A stretch of 64,000 bases of DNA from Daphnia carinata. Lineage: Eukaryota. Both the position numbers and the translations under genes were made by a program. Of this stretch, positions 1 through 36,130 are shown one piece after another. A model generated the notes under the pieces. The model was not told the origin of the DNA. It saw only the letters and a program-made list of their open reading frames with translations, and did not search any database. The stretch lies in contig NC_081331.1 in NCBI RefSeq assembly GCF_022539665.2, positions 8,928,001-8,992,000 of the forward strand, given 5' to 3'. The first letter of the stretch is position 1. Each line of letters starts with the position of its first letter.

Positions 1-3000
1 TGCAATGACTTATGATGATATTTTCCCTGGTTTACCCGAAACAGCTATTGGTGTCCGTACTGATTGCACTATAGGAAAATGGAACAACAAGTTGCGTGTG
101 AGTTCACGTAATGTAACCCAGGTAATTGGAAATATTTCCTAGTTTTATTGGTTCTTTCCTTATTAGAAGTCCTTGTTTTGCTTAGGTATTCCACATACCA
201 CCGGAAGAAAGGCGAGTTGATTCATCTAATAAATTTGGAGAAGGAGACTTGCTTAAAACATGTGCTGACATCATGCAATCCACTGGCGCAACAATTGAAA
301 CATCATATGCTAAAGACCAATCTTTGACATTTGTTGTTATTGGTAAAAATGTTTAGTTGTAAGTTTGTCATGTGATAATTACATATTATAGTTTTTTTAT
401 CTTCTCGTTTTTCAGGCAAGCAAGATTCAGTGTTAGAAGCCAAGCGCGAAATTTTGAAACGGTTCCAAACTCAATCTTCATCGGCTGTAGAAATCCCCAA
501 AGAGTATCATGGCTTTATTCTCGGTAAAGGTGGTGTAAAGCTCAAGGAATTAGAAAAACAAACTGCCACAAAAATTACCATTCCTAAAGAAACTGAATCC
601 TCTGGAAGAATTGTTGTTACTGGACCCAAAGAAGGCATGCATTTTTAATCGAAATGTTCATTAATCATGTGCCTAATTTCTTTTTTTTCTTTGAATTTCT
701 AAGGCATTGAAAAAGCACTGCATGAAATCCAGATGATATCTGACGAACGATCGAAACAGGCCTATGAGAGATTAGAGATACCGAAAATTTATCATCCTTT
801 TATCACCGGAGCGCACAACGAAACAATCAAATCATTAACGGAAGGGTCGGGAGTTAAAGTTAACATTCCCCCGCTGAGTGTGCAAAAGGACGAAATATCA
901 ATCGCGGGAGAGAGAGATGGTGTGCTAAAAGTCAAACATGCAATCATTCAGGTAAAAATCTGAAATTTCTCTAGCAATAGGAGCCTTTTTTTTTACACTT
1001 TTATTTAACTATTTGTTTTTTTTTTGTTTTGTTTTTTTTGTTTTTTTGTTCAATAAAGATTTACGAAGAGATGAAACGGAAATGTGCCACAGTCAGCGTT
1101 GAGGTACGCAAGTCTCAGCACAAGTACGTAATTGGTCCGAAGGGCGCTGGAATAGCTGAAATTTTGGCAGAAAGCGGTGTCAGCGTGGAAATGCCACCAA
1201 CTGATTCGGATAAAGAAACTATTACACTCAGGGTATTGCAGTTTATTTAGATTTAAATTGTTAGGCTTTTTTTTTCTGTAGTTTGCCTCATGTTTTGATG
1301 GGCATGAGAATATTGACTTTAATTTTCATTTTTGCAGGGTCCCCAAGAAAAGCTCGGCATTGCGCTGACCAAAGTATACGAGAAAGCCAATTCGGTCTGC
1401 ACAGCCGAAATTTTGGCCCCATCGTGGATTCATCGGCATATAATTGGGAAAAAAGGCGCTGGAATTCGGGCTATTACGCAGGATTACCCAAAGGTTGTAT
1501 TCTGCTGTGTTTGCACTGTGCACGAAACATCATTCTTGGTTGCGTTAGGTCCATGTGGAGATGGAAGATAAAGCTGATAAAATAATTGTTGAAGGACCTG
1601 TTGAGGAGGTAGAAAGGGTTCGCGTTGCCCTGCAAGCCAACGTCGAAGATTTGCTCAGCAAACTTACATTTGCCGATATCGTTGTCGATCCCAAGTATCA
1701 CAAACATATCATAGGTATTAGTTTTAAAAGTCGATGTCGGAGAAGAACGTTTATTCTATTTACGAATCTTGCTAGGAAAGGGTGGATCAAATGTCAATCG
1801 TTTAAAAGAAGAAACGGGCGTAACAATCAATATCCCTGATGAGCGATCGTCTACTATCCGCATCGAGGGAACACCTAATGGTGTCAATCAGGCCAAAGCA
1901 GAACTTATGGAAATGGTTACCAAGATGGAAAATGAAAGAGAAAAGGATATTTTGATTGAACATCGCTTTCATAAAAATATCATTGGTGCTAAAGGCGAGA
2001 AAATTCGTGAAATTCGAGATATGTTTCATCAGGTAAGAACAACGAGAAACACGAATATGTGCGGTTTTCTAACAACGTTCCAAAATTCAGGTACAAGTTA
2101 CCTTCCCTGATTCTTCTGAAAAAAGTGACGTTGTCAAAATTCGCGGACCGAAACAAGATGTTGATGCTACGTATAAATATTTGCAAAAACTATATAAAGA
2201 ATTGCTAGAGTCTTCCTATTCAGTAAAGGTATTTTGATTAATGAAAAGCGCAATTTTTCGATACTATCTCTGTTATTGATATAGGTACCCATCTATAAAG
2301 AGTTTCACAAAAATGTGATAGGGAAAGGTGGTGCGAATATTCGAAAAATTCGCGAAGAGACAAGCACTCGGATTGATTTACCTCCTGAAGGTTCAGACTC
2401 GGACATGATAGTCATAACCGGACGGAAAGAAGATGTTGAGAAAGCTAGAGACCGAATTTTGAAGATTCAAAGTGAATTGGTATGCTTTTGCATTTCTTAC
2501 ATATACGATTTTTATTTGTTTGTAATAACTATTAATATAAAGACGTTTATGTTCACGCTCTAATTTCTATTAGGTGAGCATTATTGCTGAAGATGTTGAG
2601 ATTCCTGCCAAATATCATCAATCTTTTATTGGTGCCGGCGGCAAGTTGATTCAGTCAATCATGGAAGATTGCGGAGGAGTTCAAATCAAATTTCCTCCGT
2701 CCGAAAGCGGCTCAAATAAAGTTTTAATTCGTGGCCCCAAAGAAGAAGTGGAAAAAGCAAAGAAAACTTTAATTGAAATGAGCAATGAAAAGAACTTGAC
2801 AGGGTACACCGAAACAATACGCTCTAAACCTGAGCATCACAGGTGTTTTATCTGATCTGTTTATTTTTCATCGTTATTATTAAGTATTCGAAGTCCAATT
2901 TTGTTGATTACCACTTTTGGAATTTCTTAGGTTTTTAATAGGAAGGAATGGCTCTAACATCCGAAAAATTCGCGAATTAACCGGAGCTCGTATCGTCTTT

Positions 3001-5044
3001 CCTTCGGATTCCGAAGCCAACAATACGAAGGAACGAGACATAATCACAATCGTCGGCAGAGAAGATGCCGTGAAAAAAGCTCGAGAAGAGTTGGAGAATC
3101 GAATCAAAGAACTCGTAAGCATAGGAATTTTTGTTTGCTTTTGTTTTTGCTTATTAATACGAACAACGTAATGTTTGGATTTTGCAGGATAGCGTTGTAG
3201 AGCTGGAGATGCATGTTGAGCCCAAGTACCATCGTCATTTCGTTGCCCGGAGAGGTGAAATTCTGCACGAGATTTCCGATCAATACGGAGGAGTAACTGT
3301 TTCATTCCCTCGTTCCGGAGTTGATTCTGATCGTGTTGTCCTTAAAGGTAAAATAACGGGTTTAAAGATGTGAAGATTTTCTAACATCTTGAAATGCAGG
3401 TGCCAAAGAGTGTGTTGAAGCAGCAAGACATCGCATTGAAGAGATAGTCAATGATCTAGAGCAGCAAGTAACAATAGATTGTGTGATACCTCAGAAGTTC
3501 CATCGCACAATAATGGGATCGAAAGGAACGCGTGTCCAAAACATAACGACGGAGTTTGACGTCAAAATTAAGTTTCCAGAGAAGAGCCCTGTCGACACAG
3601 AACTTGATCATGTGAACGGACAGCAGCCAGAAGGGGAATCAGCAATTGATGATGCTCCCAAAGCATGTGATGTAATTCGCATTACAGGTGAGGATGAAAA
3701 TATGGCAGTTCGATATTTTTTGGCAATTAACTTAAATTTCGACGATTTCTAGGCCGCCAGGATAGATGTGAAGCCGCGAAAAACGCGTTGATTGCTTTGG
3801 TGCCGATCACTGTCGAAGTTTCCGTTCCCTACGATTTGCATCGCTACATCATTGGTCAAAAAGGAAAAGATGTGCGTGAAATGATGACAACTCATGACGT
3901 TAACATCAAGAGTAAGTTGTAGTTTGTGACGTGTAAATATTTCGCACACAAAAAAAAAACGCGAATATCAACAAAATCATTTCTTACAGTACCTTCGGCC
4001 GAACAGCAAAGTGAAGCTATACAAATCTCCGGCCCGGCTGCGAAAGTAGAAGCTGCTCGCCAAGCTCTTCTAGATCGCGTAACTGAACTGGAAAAAGAGC
4101 GCGAAGATCGTGTTTTAAGAAACTTCGCTGTGCATGTAATTAAAGAAGTTTGTTTCGTGTCATTTATAGTTTTAACTTTTTTCTATGTCTTCTTTGCTAG
4201 GTGGAAGTTCCACCGGAGTACCATTCGAAGATCATCGGGAAAAAGGGGGCAGTCATCTCTAAACTTCGAGATGATTTCCAAGTTAACATAACTATGCCGA
4301 AACCAGAAGATCCTAATCCGCAGCTGATAACTATTAAAGGTAGTAGAAGAGACTCCCATCTTGCATTAAGTTCAGTTATTTTGTTAGGTTCGTTTATACT
4401 AAAAACGTGTGAACTTGCAGGCTACGAAGAAAATGCCAATCAAGCGAAAGAAGCCGTTCTCAAAATGGTTCAAGACCTTGACGACCTAATAAAGCAAGAT
4501 CTACCAATTGATCAGCGCGTCCATTCACGTCTAATTGGTCGACGAGGTCGTAATATCCGACAGGTTATGGATCAATACAAGGTTGAGATACGATTCCCAT
4601 TCGAGGGCGGCGATCCTGATATTGTCACAATTATTGGCCGTGAAGAAAAAGTTCAAGAGTGTGCGGATTACTTGCTGAATCTTGTTGAGGAATACGTAAG
4701 TCCATCGATCTATTGAGAACAATATGTACACATTGCTCTGTTACAAAGTGTCATTTTTAACTAAATTCTGTTTACAGATGCAAGATATCGATGACAACGA
4801 TTCATCGCAGCAATACCTGAGAGCTCCGAAACAAGAAGGGCAATACAATCAGCGCAATCCAGGACAGCCAGGCTTTATCGTGGCCGGTGCGCCTTGGGAG
4901 CAGCAGGCTCCACCGCATCAAGGTCAGCAACGGGTACCAGTTGTAGCTCCGAACACAGCTAGTAATGAGGAGTTCCCATCGTTTGGGAAGGCTGGACCTA
5001 ATACACCTTCTGGTGGTGCACCTCATTGGGGACCGAGGCGTTAA
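1..5044 (+). CDS. HDLBP: Vigilin / high-density lipoprotein-binding protein (multi-KH-domain RNA-binding protein), about 19 exons, 5' end possibly outside the window
   Basis: Tandem KH domains with GxxG loops (HGFILGKGG, HKYVIGPKG, HRHIIGKKG, HKHIIGKGG, HRFLIGRNG, HRTIMGSKG, HSRLIGRRG). N-terminal MTYDDIFPGLPE and QVFHIPPEER; C-terminal NEEFPSFG...WGPRR, stop TAA 5042-5044. Approximate exons: <1-121, 186-342, 416-634, 704-951, 1059-1232, 1338-1493, 1549-1714, 1776-2032, 2091-2228, 2285-2479, 2574-2842, 2931-3114, 3188-3347, 3400-3687, 3753-3912, 3989-4135, 4201-4339, 4421-4695, 4778-5044. Confidence 0.96.
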
Positions 5045-6582
5045 AGTTGCTTCCTGTGGTATCTCTACCTTGACGAGTTAGGATTTTTGTTCGGAAATCC
5101 TGAAAATGGGCCTTTTTCAACCCTGTCCAAACAGTTTTCCCTCGTATATGTCCATTTCTTTGATAAATGCTAGATGTATGTAGTATCGCTTCGGTAGATG
5201 GGGTCTTCACCGTTCCACACGAATGACCTGCAGCCTTTTCTCCGACCCATCATTCAATGAAGTTATATTCTCAAGCTGATGGAACCGTTATCTTAACCTA
5301 CCTAACCATTTTCTGGGTACCGTGGAGGCAGATATATATATCTTTTTTGTTAATTTGCCTGTGGGTTGGCAGAAATGCTGCTTTGCTCGTAAAATTATGT
5401 CAAAGTTCTCTTGATTTACATTTAAAGGGGACTTTTCAAGAAAAGTAGGTTTTTTTTTCATTTCTGCGTGGACCACGTTGCCTTATATGCGTCTTATTGG
5501 TTAGCTCGGAAATGAGGGATTTCTACCGTTCAATAAGACTTAAGCTCTCGGTAATACGGAGTAAACCTCTGTTACGGGATTGGGATTCATCCAGAAAACT
5601 GGAAGAACAGTTTGCTTAGAGCCGGTACAAAAATATAACCTGGAAACGGATCAGTTTGCTGATTTGCTTCCCTACCCCCACCAACCCCGCCCATTCTCAA
5701 ATCATCTATAGTCCAAACGTTTTTGGATTTCACTTGTTTAGTTTTGACACCTGATGTAATAGTGTCAGTTGATGAATATTACTTGGAGATGTACAAGGCA
5801 TATTCTGATATCGTAACTATGCTGCAAAAGATTGTTATGGACTTATTACTTTACGGTGACAGTTCTATACGCTGAAGTTGAATACACTTATAAAAATGGG
5901 ACATTTCTAGTGTTTTAAGAAAATGCAATCGCCAATTTCTAAATCTTGAACCCGGAATTGAATAAGTGGACAAGAAACAAAGTAAGAGTTCACCGGCATT
6001 AGCTACAGAGATTTCTCATGATACATGTCCATTTAATGTTAGTTATATACTAATATTAATATGGTTGAAATAATTTGAACCTATCGAACTAGGCAAAGCG
6101 CGCAGATAATGAATAAACCTTTTATCGTGAAACAATGAATTTATTTAGTTTTAGCTCCAGTTTTTGTTTTACTTTGTGTGTGTGTAGTGCATACAAAGTT
6201 AACAGTTCGACGACTGGTTGACGAGTCTAGCAAACAATACGCATGCGTACGGTACATAACAACGGGTGGTTGCATGATGAAGGCTGGAGCGTAGGTGGCA
6301 GATTGCGCAGCAAGAAAGAAGCGTTGGTGAAGTCCCGGCTTTCTCTCTAGTGTAAAAGAAGTCTGACGTGAACGTTTCATGAAACGCAAAGACCTTTCTT
6401 CAAGTGGATAACTTATCGCACTGAAAGTCGCAGAATATACAGCCGTGTGCATGGTTAGCAATTCGTACACGAAACGAAGAAGTTTCGATTGTCCCGCAGA
6501 ATCGTTTTTTACCTTCCAAACATCGCTTTGATACGGTGGCCATGCCTGAGAGTTGGTTTTGACGAAACTGCCCATTTCCAAA

Positions 6583-29555
<22,973 letters not shown>

Positions 29556-31878
29556 GCTGAGGATAAACAATTAACGCAAATTATAATTGTATGGGCCAAA
29601 CTTCTATCATAGTATATTGAAAACGAAATTCAGCTGCCCATTGAATTTCTTAGTCTACTTGGGTTATAATGTTTCATACCAGTCTAATGAACCTTCTGAG
29701 TGTCCGCCAAATTCCTTCTATTACCATCCAACTATTATTCCCTTGTCAAATCATAAGGGTTATCGTAATCGTAATAATCAAATCTTAAAGGATTCACAGC
29801 CCTTCCGTTGTGAACCGTTCATCGATCTCCTGATTAACTGGCTACTGAGAAATCATCCTTTCATCAATCCACAACTTACAGATATTTTTATTTTTCCTGT
29901 TTCAATTTTTTGGTTTTTACCCCATCGTGCCGAATTTCTTGATTACAATCTAGTTAGTGGGTTGAAAACATTTGCGATCTTTCTAACTGCGTTGAGGCGT
30001 GTTAAGCAGATCACAGAGGGCTGAGTCAGGTACAAACGTAGAATAATAAGGAAAACCGAAAACCCTCCACCATCAGAGTAGGAACATAACAGACAACATT
30101 TTTGGCTTTCAAGAATAAAATGGAATGTGTATGGCAGCAAATCACGGTTCTAGCTAGTAATTGTCGGCAGATGACAATCTTTATTACTTAATCGAAAATG
30201 CCGCAAGCTACATGGCATCATTAGAAAAAACAAACTGGCAAAAAAGAAAAAACACAAAAGCGTTAACCTTCCTAAGGGCGGATTTGATTTCCAAGTTTTT
30301 TAATTCTTCACTCAATCATAAATGTCTTTGGGTTTGGCAGCCACCGCCATTTATCGTTCCACTGCAACTGTCAGAAGCCCAAAGAAATACAGCTTTGCTG
30401 TCTCTGTCCACCCAATGAGAGTGGTACAATTTCGGCATGTGATAGTCGGACAGGCGATGTCAAAATGCTGCTACAGTGTGAAAGTCATTTCTTTTACAGC
30501 TTTTGACAACAAGTTTTCTTACACGATTCAGTTAGTGTCGAAAACTGTAGTCGGAATCAACAGTTTAACCAAGTATACGTTCCAACTTAAACCCTGCATC
30601 CACAGAGGCATCCTTACTCCTTAGCTGTGACAGCTCCGAAATCGGCGAATTTGGCAACTGAGACTTTTTCGTACAAATCTTTAACGATATATTTTCCAAG
30701 TTTTTTTTACCTCTATGGAGTTACGTTGCTGGGGCAGAAAAATGGGCTTGCCATTTTTTAGACTACTATAACTCCGTACATGTACATATGTTACGGTAGG
30801 GTAGAATAAAAGAGTTTATCCTTAAATTTTTTTGTCTTGTTTGTACCCTTACAAAAAAATTTTTAGCCCAGAAAAAAAAGTTAGTTCCAATGAAGATTAA
30901 ATACAGCGAAATTGCCTACAATTCGCTAACGGACTACATTGAAATAATTTAACAGTAAAGGAAATCTATCTAAACTTGGCTTTATTATTATTTGGTTAAA
31001 GAATCTCAGTTGTCAAATTTTGCGTATTTTTAGTCGGAATAACTGTCTCCTAGAAGGAAAGAACTTTCCGTTTTATTTTACGCATACCATGACATTCTTG
31101 CGAAACGAAACAAGTAACGTCGACAAGTCATGTTATCTCTGTGCGTATATGTTAATGGGCATTGGGCTTTGCATAAGAAAACGTCGAGAGCCTATGTTCC
31201 ATTCTATTCGCCATCACACAAATTCTATATCTATATCATATGAAATCCTTTTGAGTTTGATTACAAGCAGGTTTTGTCTAATAGCATTGTTTAATAGAAT
31301 CGAAGGGTTGGCTGCTGTTCCAAAATGTTGCGAAGATTTAAGAGACGTATTTGAATTTCGTACATTTCGTTCTGAATCACCGAATGCGACCTAGCAAAAT
31401 TTCGGAGGCTCGATACGTTTTATCTTGGAGTCGCCAACCCTCGAATAGGACTGTATCACTTGCATGCTTTGCTGTTTCCAAGAATTTATTCTATATGTTT
31501 ACTGTTTTCAACACGATCACAACTTTTCTTTTAGTAGAATTACCCCCATTTACATATAAATCCTTCGCCTATGTTTGATCCTCTTTTTTTGTATCAGTTT
31601 TTTTTTCAAATTTTGATTTTATTGAGAAAAGTGTAAAAAACAAACAATCGGTATAGCTATTATTTTTATCCCGTTGGGCATTGGCAATTTCAGGCTTTTA
31701 AACACTAGGTTGAATCTCAAGGATAGATATTGATTTCCCCCAGAGTTTTAGAACATGATTTAATTTTTAATCACAACCATACTAGGACAACTTCCAATAG
31801 CGATGTGTTTATTCTACTTGCTGTAATGTCAATGTCTACATACACTTATATTCCATGTATGGTATATGTTATCACGAA

Positions 31879-31884
31879 AATAAA
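31879..31884 (+). terminator. Candidate polyadenylation signal for a long (about 2.3 kb) IA-2 3' UTR
   Basis: AATAAA at the end of an AU/UG-rich UTR-like tract. Other AATAAA hexamers occur earlier (about 30114, 30805), so the assignment is tentative. Confidence 0.3.
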
Positions 31885-32036
31885 AGCATTCAGAAAGCTA
31901 TAGTAATCCAGTTTCGTTTCTTAGCCTCCCCCCTGTAAGGGTTGGGAAAGAAAATATTATGGTTTTTCCGTGTTAGCTTAATGAACCACCAGGATATTTT
32001 TTCGTGGGATTGGCGCATACTTGCGAAATGGCTAAC

Positions 32037-32130
32037 GTTCGATATCGAAAATGTATTCCATGTTCGTGCCATCGGTTGAACATGGTTGAAGTTCCATATC
32101 GAAAACGTATTCCAAGATTGTGCCGTTGGT
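32037..32130. repeat. Two-copy tandem repeat of about 55 bp
   Basis: GTTCGATATCGAAAATGTATTCCATGTTCGTGCC, then GTTCCATATCGAAAACGTATTCCAAGATTGTGCC. Confidence 0.6.
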
Positions 32131-33126
32131 TTTCCTATATGGAATTCTTAAACTCCGAGACTCGCAGTTGAATGGCCTATCGCGGGAGAAATCGACTAAC
32201 GACAAGCGAACCGATGTTTTATTTATTCGCTACAATATGCTAGTTGATTCTTTATTAAATTGTTTTCTTTAATTATTTTTCTTTTAAGAAATGAGGCCAT
32301 ACAAAAATACAGTAACAATTCATATTATTGATTGACATGATTTTTTTTGTTAGACTTGCTGCCTGTTGAACATCCAACTACTAAGCACTTAATCATCTCA
32401 AACACTAGTTTCACATACACTGTTTAGTTTAGAACTTTAAATTAAATTTTTGTGATGAACTTCCATGAATTACTCCCGTATCAACCAGATAATAATATGG
32501 TGATAAAACGCGTCAAAATTAAGGGTCACAGACCACTAGCAAACCTAGGAGTTAACACCGTGAACTAGAAACCTCAATTTGAAATACGATGCCATTCAAG
32601 CCACAAACTTTAGAAATGATTTTGCGGCAACCTGGACACCCCGAATCTCACTCCGCCGCGCCCCGGTGAGGAAGTAATCATCCATGTCATCCCCGCCTTG
32701 CTCAATTTAGTTTAGTTTACTTTAGTAATTTATTTTTAAAGGTAAGCTAGTGCTGTAACATGGTTTACAGCTTATCGGTACCAATCCTTATATATTGTAC
32801 CCGTAAGTTACAAACCATCCGTCCCCATTCAGCACACCGCATTTATATATGGGCGTATTTTGGTATTGTCTGGGCACGGTCAACTACCATACGATCATAA
32901 GACTGGTGACACGGAAGTTCGGCTAAACATTTTTAGCTTTTTAGAACACATTCGGAAATGAAAAATAAAAATACTTGTACAGGAAATGAAAACTATTTGA
33001 TTTAAAACATTTTAAAAAGCAGGAGTAAATTGAATAATTAAATAGGCTTGCCCTTTACCGGTTATTTATGATAGATTTCACACAACAAATCAAAGCAATT
33101 TATGACTTAGCGGTAAATTTTTAAAT

Positions 33127-33305
33127 TCATTTGCTTGATAACTTATCATCTAATTTCTGGACAGACATTTTCATTGCTTGCATGTTCATTGATAGTCCTT
33201 CCTGGACATTAGTTAACAATTGAAGTTGATCCTGGATAGCTATGTCTAAATTTGTTTGCATATTTTCCACTTGGCTGACCGTTTGCGAAAAGTTGACAGC
33301 TTAAA

Positions 33306-33340
<35 letters not shown>

Positions 33341-34968
33341 TATATACATATATAAACGTTCATAACAAAATAAGATTTTATTGGCGGGAAAAGATTACCT
33401 CTGTCATGAAGTACTTTAAGAGATGACAATCGATCAACAATTGAAGGCAAAAGTAACAGTAATGGCTCTAGTTGCTTCACCATTTCATATAGCTCTTTAA
33501 CCTGTATAAATGGTTTTCTGCAGTTAAATGCCTGTAAACAAAGAGATTATCCTGACAATACATACCATCCCTGACAAACTGGAATCTTCAACATTTCCAT
33601 GTTGTTTTGTTATAACATTTAGTTTTTGCATTAGAACAGTTAGCCTACTTTCAACCTAATGAACAAAAGAAAAAAATTGATGCATTCACGAAATATTCAA
33701 AAAAGGTTTTAAAATAGTACCTGATCTAAATGAGTTGGTTCTAACAGAGCTACCTTTGAACAAATTGATCTAATAGCATCACTCACAGATTTTTGCCCTG
33801 TTTCTGCACATAGTTGGTTCTGAAAATATGATAATCAAGCAAAACATCATATCTATGCTATTGCAAGCAAATAATTCCCACTGAAGAATTTCGTAAAGAT
33901 ATGTTCTTTTAAAAGTTGTACAATAATGTGTCATGGCTTTCCTGCACTTAAAGAAAATATCTTAATAATTGAGAATTAGTCACCATTTTATCTGGGACTC
34001 CAAATAAACTTTCAAGTTTTTCAAGCCTCTGCAGCATATTAGCTTCCCTCGAAGCAAGATCCAGTTTAATTTGTTGCGGCTTGAACTGCAGTTGATAAAC
34101 AATTTTTGACTTATCCAATGTAGAAGTTCCTTGGTCTAAAGTATCAGGGACTGTCTTTCCAACCCTTTCTAAATCATCAAAGATTAACCTACTAAAAAAT
34201 TTGGCTAATGTTGCATTAAGAAACTGCCATAATCTCTTTACTTTAGTACCTTTTAGTAGTAACCTCTGTTTTAGGGAACTCACTTTCATCAATTTTAATA
34301 TCCATTAACTGCTTTTGAAGGAACGTAACCTGCATAGCTAAGCTCTGTGGGTCACCAAATTCCTCAGAGTTAGTGTGCTATAAAAAAAACAAATATGATC
34401 ATTGTGGCAAACTTCTAAATTGTACTGATAGTTACTGAGTGTTCGATTTCCTGTTGTAGTTCGCTGACTTCACATTTCAAACGATTTAACTTCTGAATTG
34501 GAGATTCTTTTTCACCTTCTGCTTGCAACTCATAGGGCCCATTCCTACAGAGATGCATAGAAATGTTTCAGAACAGGAAAAATACTAATTCACAAAATTA
34601 CCAAGAAGTATATCCCAAATTATGTTTCACACCAATTTTTCCTGAAAAGTCTGCTTTTTGGGACAACAACCAACACCCTTTAAATTTAGTAAATGATTCC
34701 ATTACATTGGTATTAAGGTTTTCAACACAATCACTCTGATCCTAAATTGAATTGTTATTTGTTATGACATATACATAAATGTGCACCATTTTATCTTACT
34801 TGACTTATGGGATTGGAAAAAGATTCACACACATCTTCGGATTCATAGTAATCAGGCTGGTCGTACGCCTAATAAAATACCTGTTTATTACACCCATATA
34901 TCAGATAAGCAAGTTCAAAAATTGTATTTTACTATTCCAGGTAATGCAGCGTATTTTGGGTCTGCCAT
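33127..34968 (-). CDS. DCTN2: Dynactin subunit 2 (p50/dynamitin), multi-exon
   Basis: Starts MADPKYAALPGI|AYDQPDYYES (ATG at 34968), the conserved dynamitin N-terminus. Contains EKESPIQKLNRLKCEVSEL, coiled-coil segments (LQRLEKLESLFG) and LPSIVDRLSSLKVLHDRA. Last exon 33127-33299 ends LDDKLSSK TGA. Confidence 0.93.
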
Positions 34969-35972
34969 GTTTTAAATACAGTTGAGAATGAACAGCGACG
35001 AGAAAAATCAAATCTATCGCAAGGAAATTTCCGTCACACAACGGAGAAGGGGATGGAACTATAGGCAAGGCAATTTGTTGGTTTTGACATAACAGTTCAA
35101 CACATCATTCGTTTTTACATTTGGCCAATAGATGTCGTGGAAAGATTTGCTGTATCTGCAAATCCGATGACAAGAAATTGATGCGGCTGAGTCTTGCCAT
35201 CGATCAGCAAAGAATGAAGTGGCTTCCGGTGCCCTATAAAACAGCAGTCAAATTTGCGACCGAAAGTACTAAGCCTGGTGATTCTAAGTGCATGGGTGAA
35301 ATTTAGCTAGTGGACTCCTTCAAAAGAAATTTTTATATCTCGTCTACTTTTCTGTGCTAAAAGCGAACCAACAGAGGACGTATCGTCAAATGGAAACGTT
35401 TTTCATTCCGCAATACTGCACATATCACTCGCCAAAGTGAAACCATGTGAAACTGGATAGCCTAGTTATTTAGCCTACGCAGCTAACAGATTTTATGTTA
35501 GAGATCAAATGTTCTTAGTACTGAATTAGCTTACCATTCAAGTAACTTTATGCGCTATCCAAAGTAAAGAGCTATTTGTATAAACTCACAAAAAATAACA
35601 CACACACAAATCGCTTATTTCGTTGAACGGCTCACGAACAATGATTAAAAAGGCTATTAAAATTTTCTCAAAAACTGTACAAATTGCCCAGTGTACATGT
35701 TTTCAATGTAAAAAGAACCAGGATTACGTCCACTTCATTCCCGATCTATCCCCATTTGTGCGGCACTCTACGTGCATGTGAAGAGTGGCAGAGAGAAAGT
35801 AACGGGGGGGGGGGGATTTTAATGAAGATGAAAAATGAATTGTTAAAATATTCTAATTGAACTGTATTTTAACGTGAGAGGAAGACAAGCCTAGACGTGA
35901 CCGTTCCAAACAGGGACACAAAACACGGATAGTTAAAAAACACGGATAACACAAAAATCGGATAGTTACTTG

Positions 35973-36130
35973 TTGAAAACTTTTAGAGTCTAAAGCCTCT
36001 AATTTTTTTTCTAAAAATAAACCACCCTAATTCCTGTTATCTCAAATTTTTAAAAATTAATTCCTGTCATACGTCGAGTGGTAGAATTTTTGTTTCAATT
36101 GTCTAGCTTTCCATTTGCGCCCACCCTCCT
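35973..36130. repeat. Dispersed repeat family A, copy 2 (right-end fragment)
   Basis: GAAAACTTTTAGAGTCTAAAGCCTC...CCCTAATTCC...GTGGTAGAATTTTTGTTTCAATT...TTGCGCCC closely matches 42926-43075. Confidence 0.8.

Noticed and set aside
6141..6581. 146-aa minus-strand ORF
   Set aside because: Antisense to the IA-2 promoter/5' UTR, non-ATG start, no recognisable domain.
35121..35306. Short ORF with CCIC...RMKWL, superficially THAP- or zinc-finger-like, divergent from DCTN2
   Set aside because: Non-ATG start, incomplete ligand set and no supporting exons.
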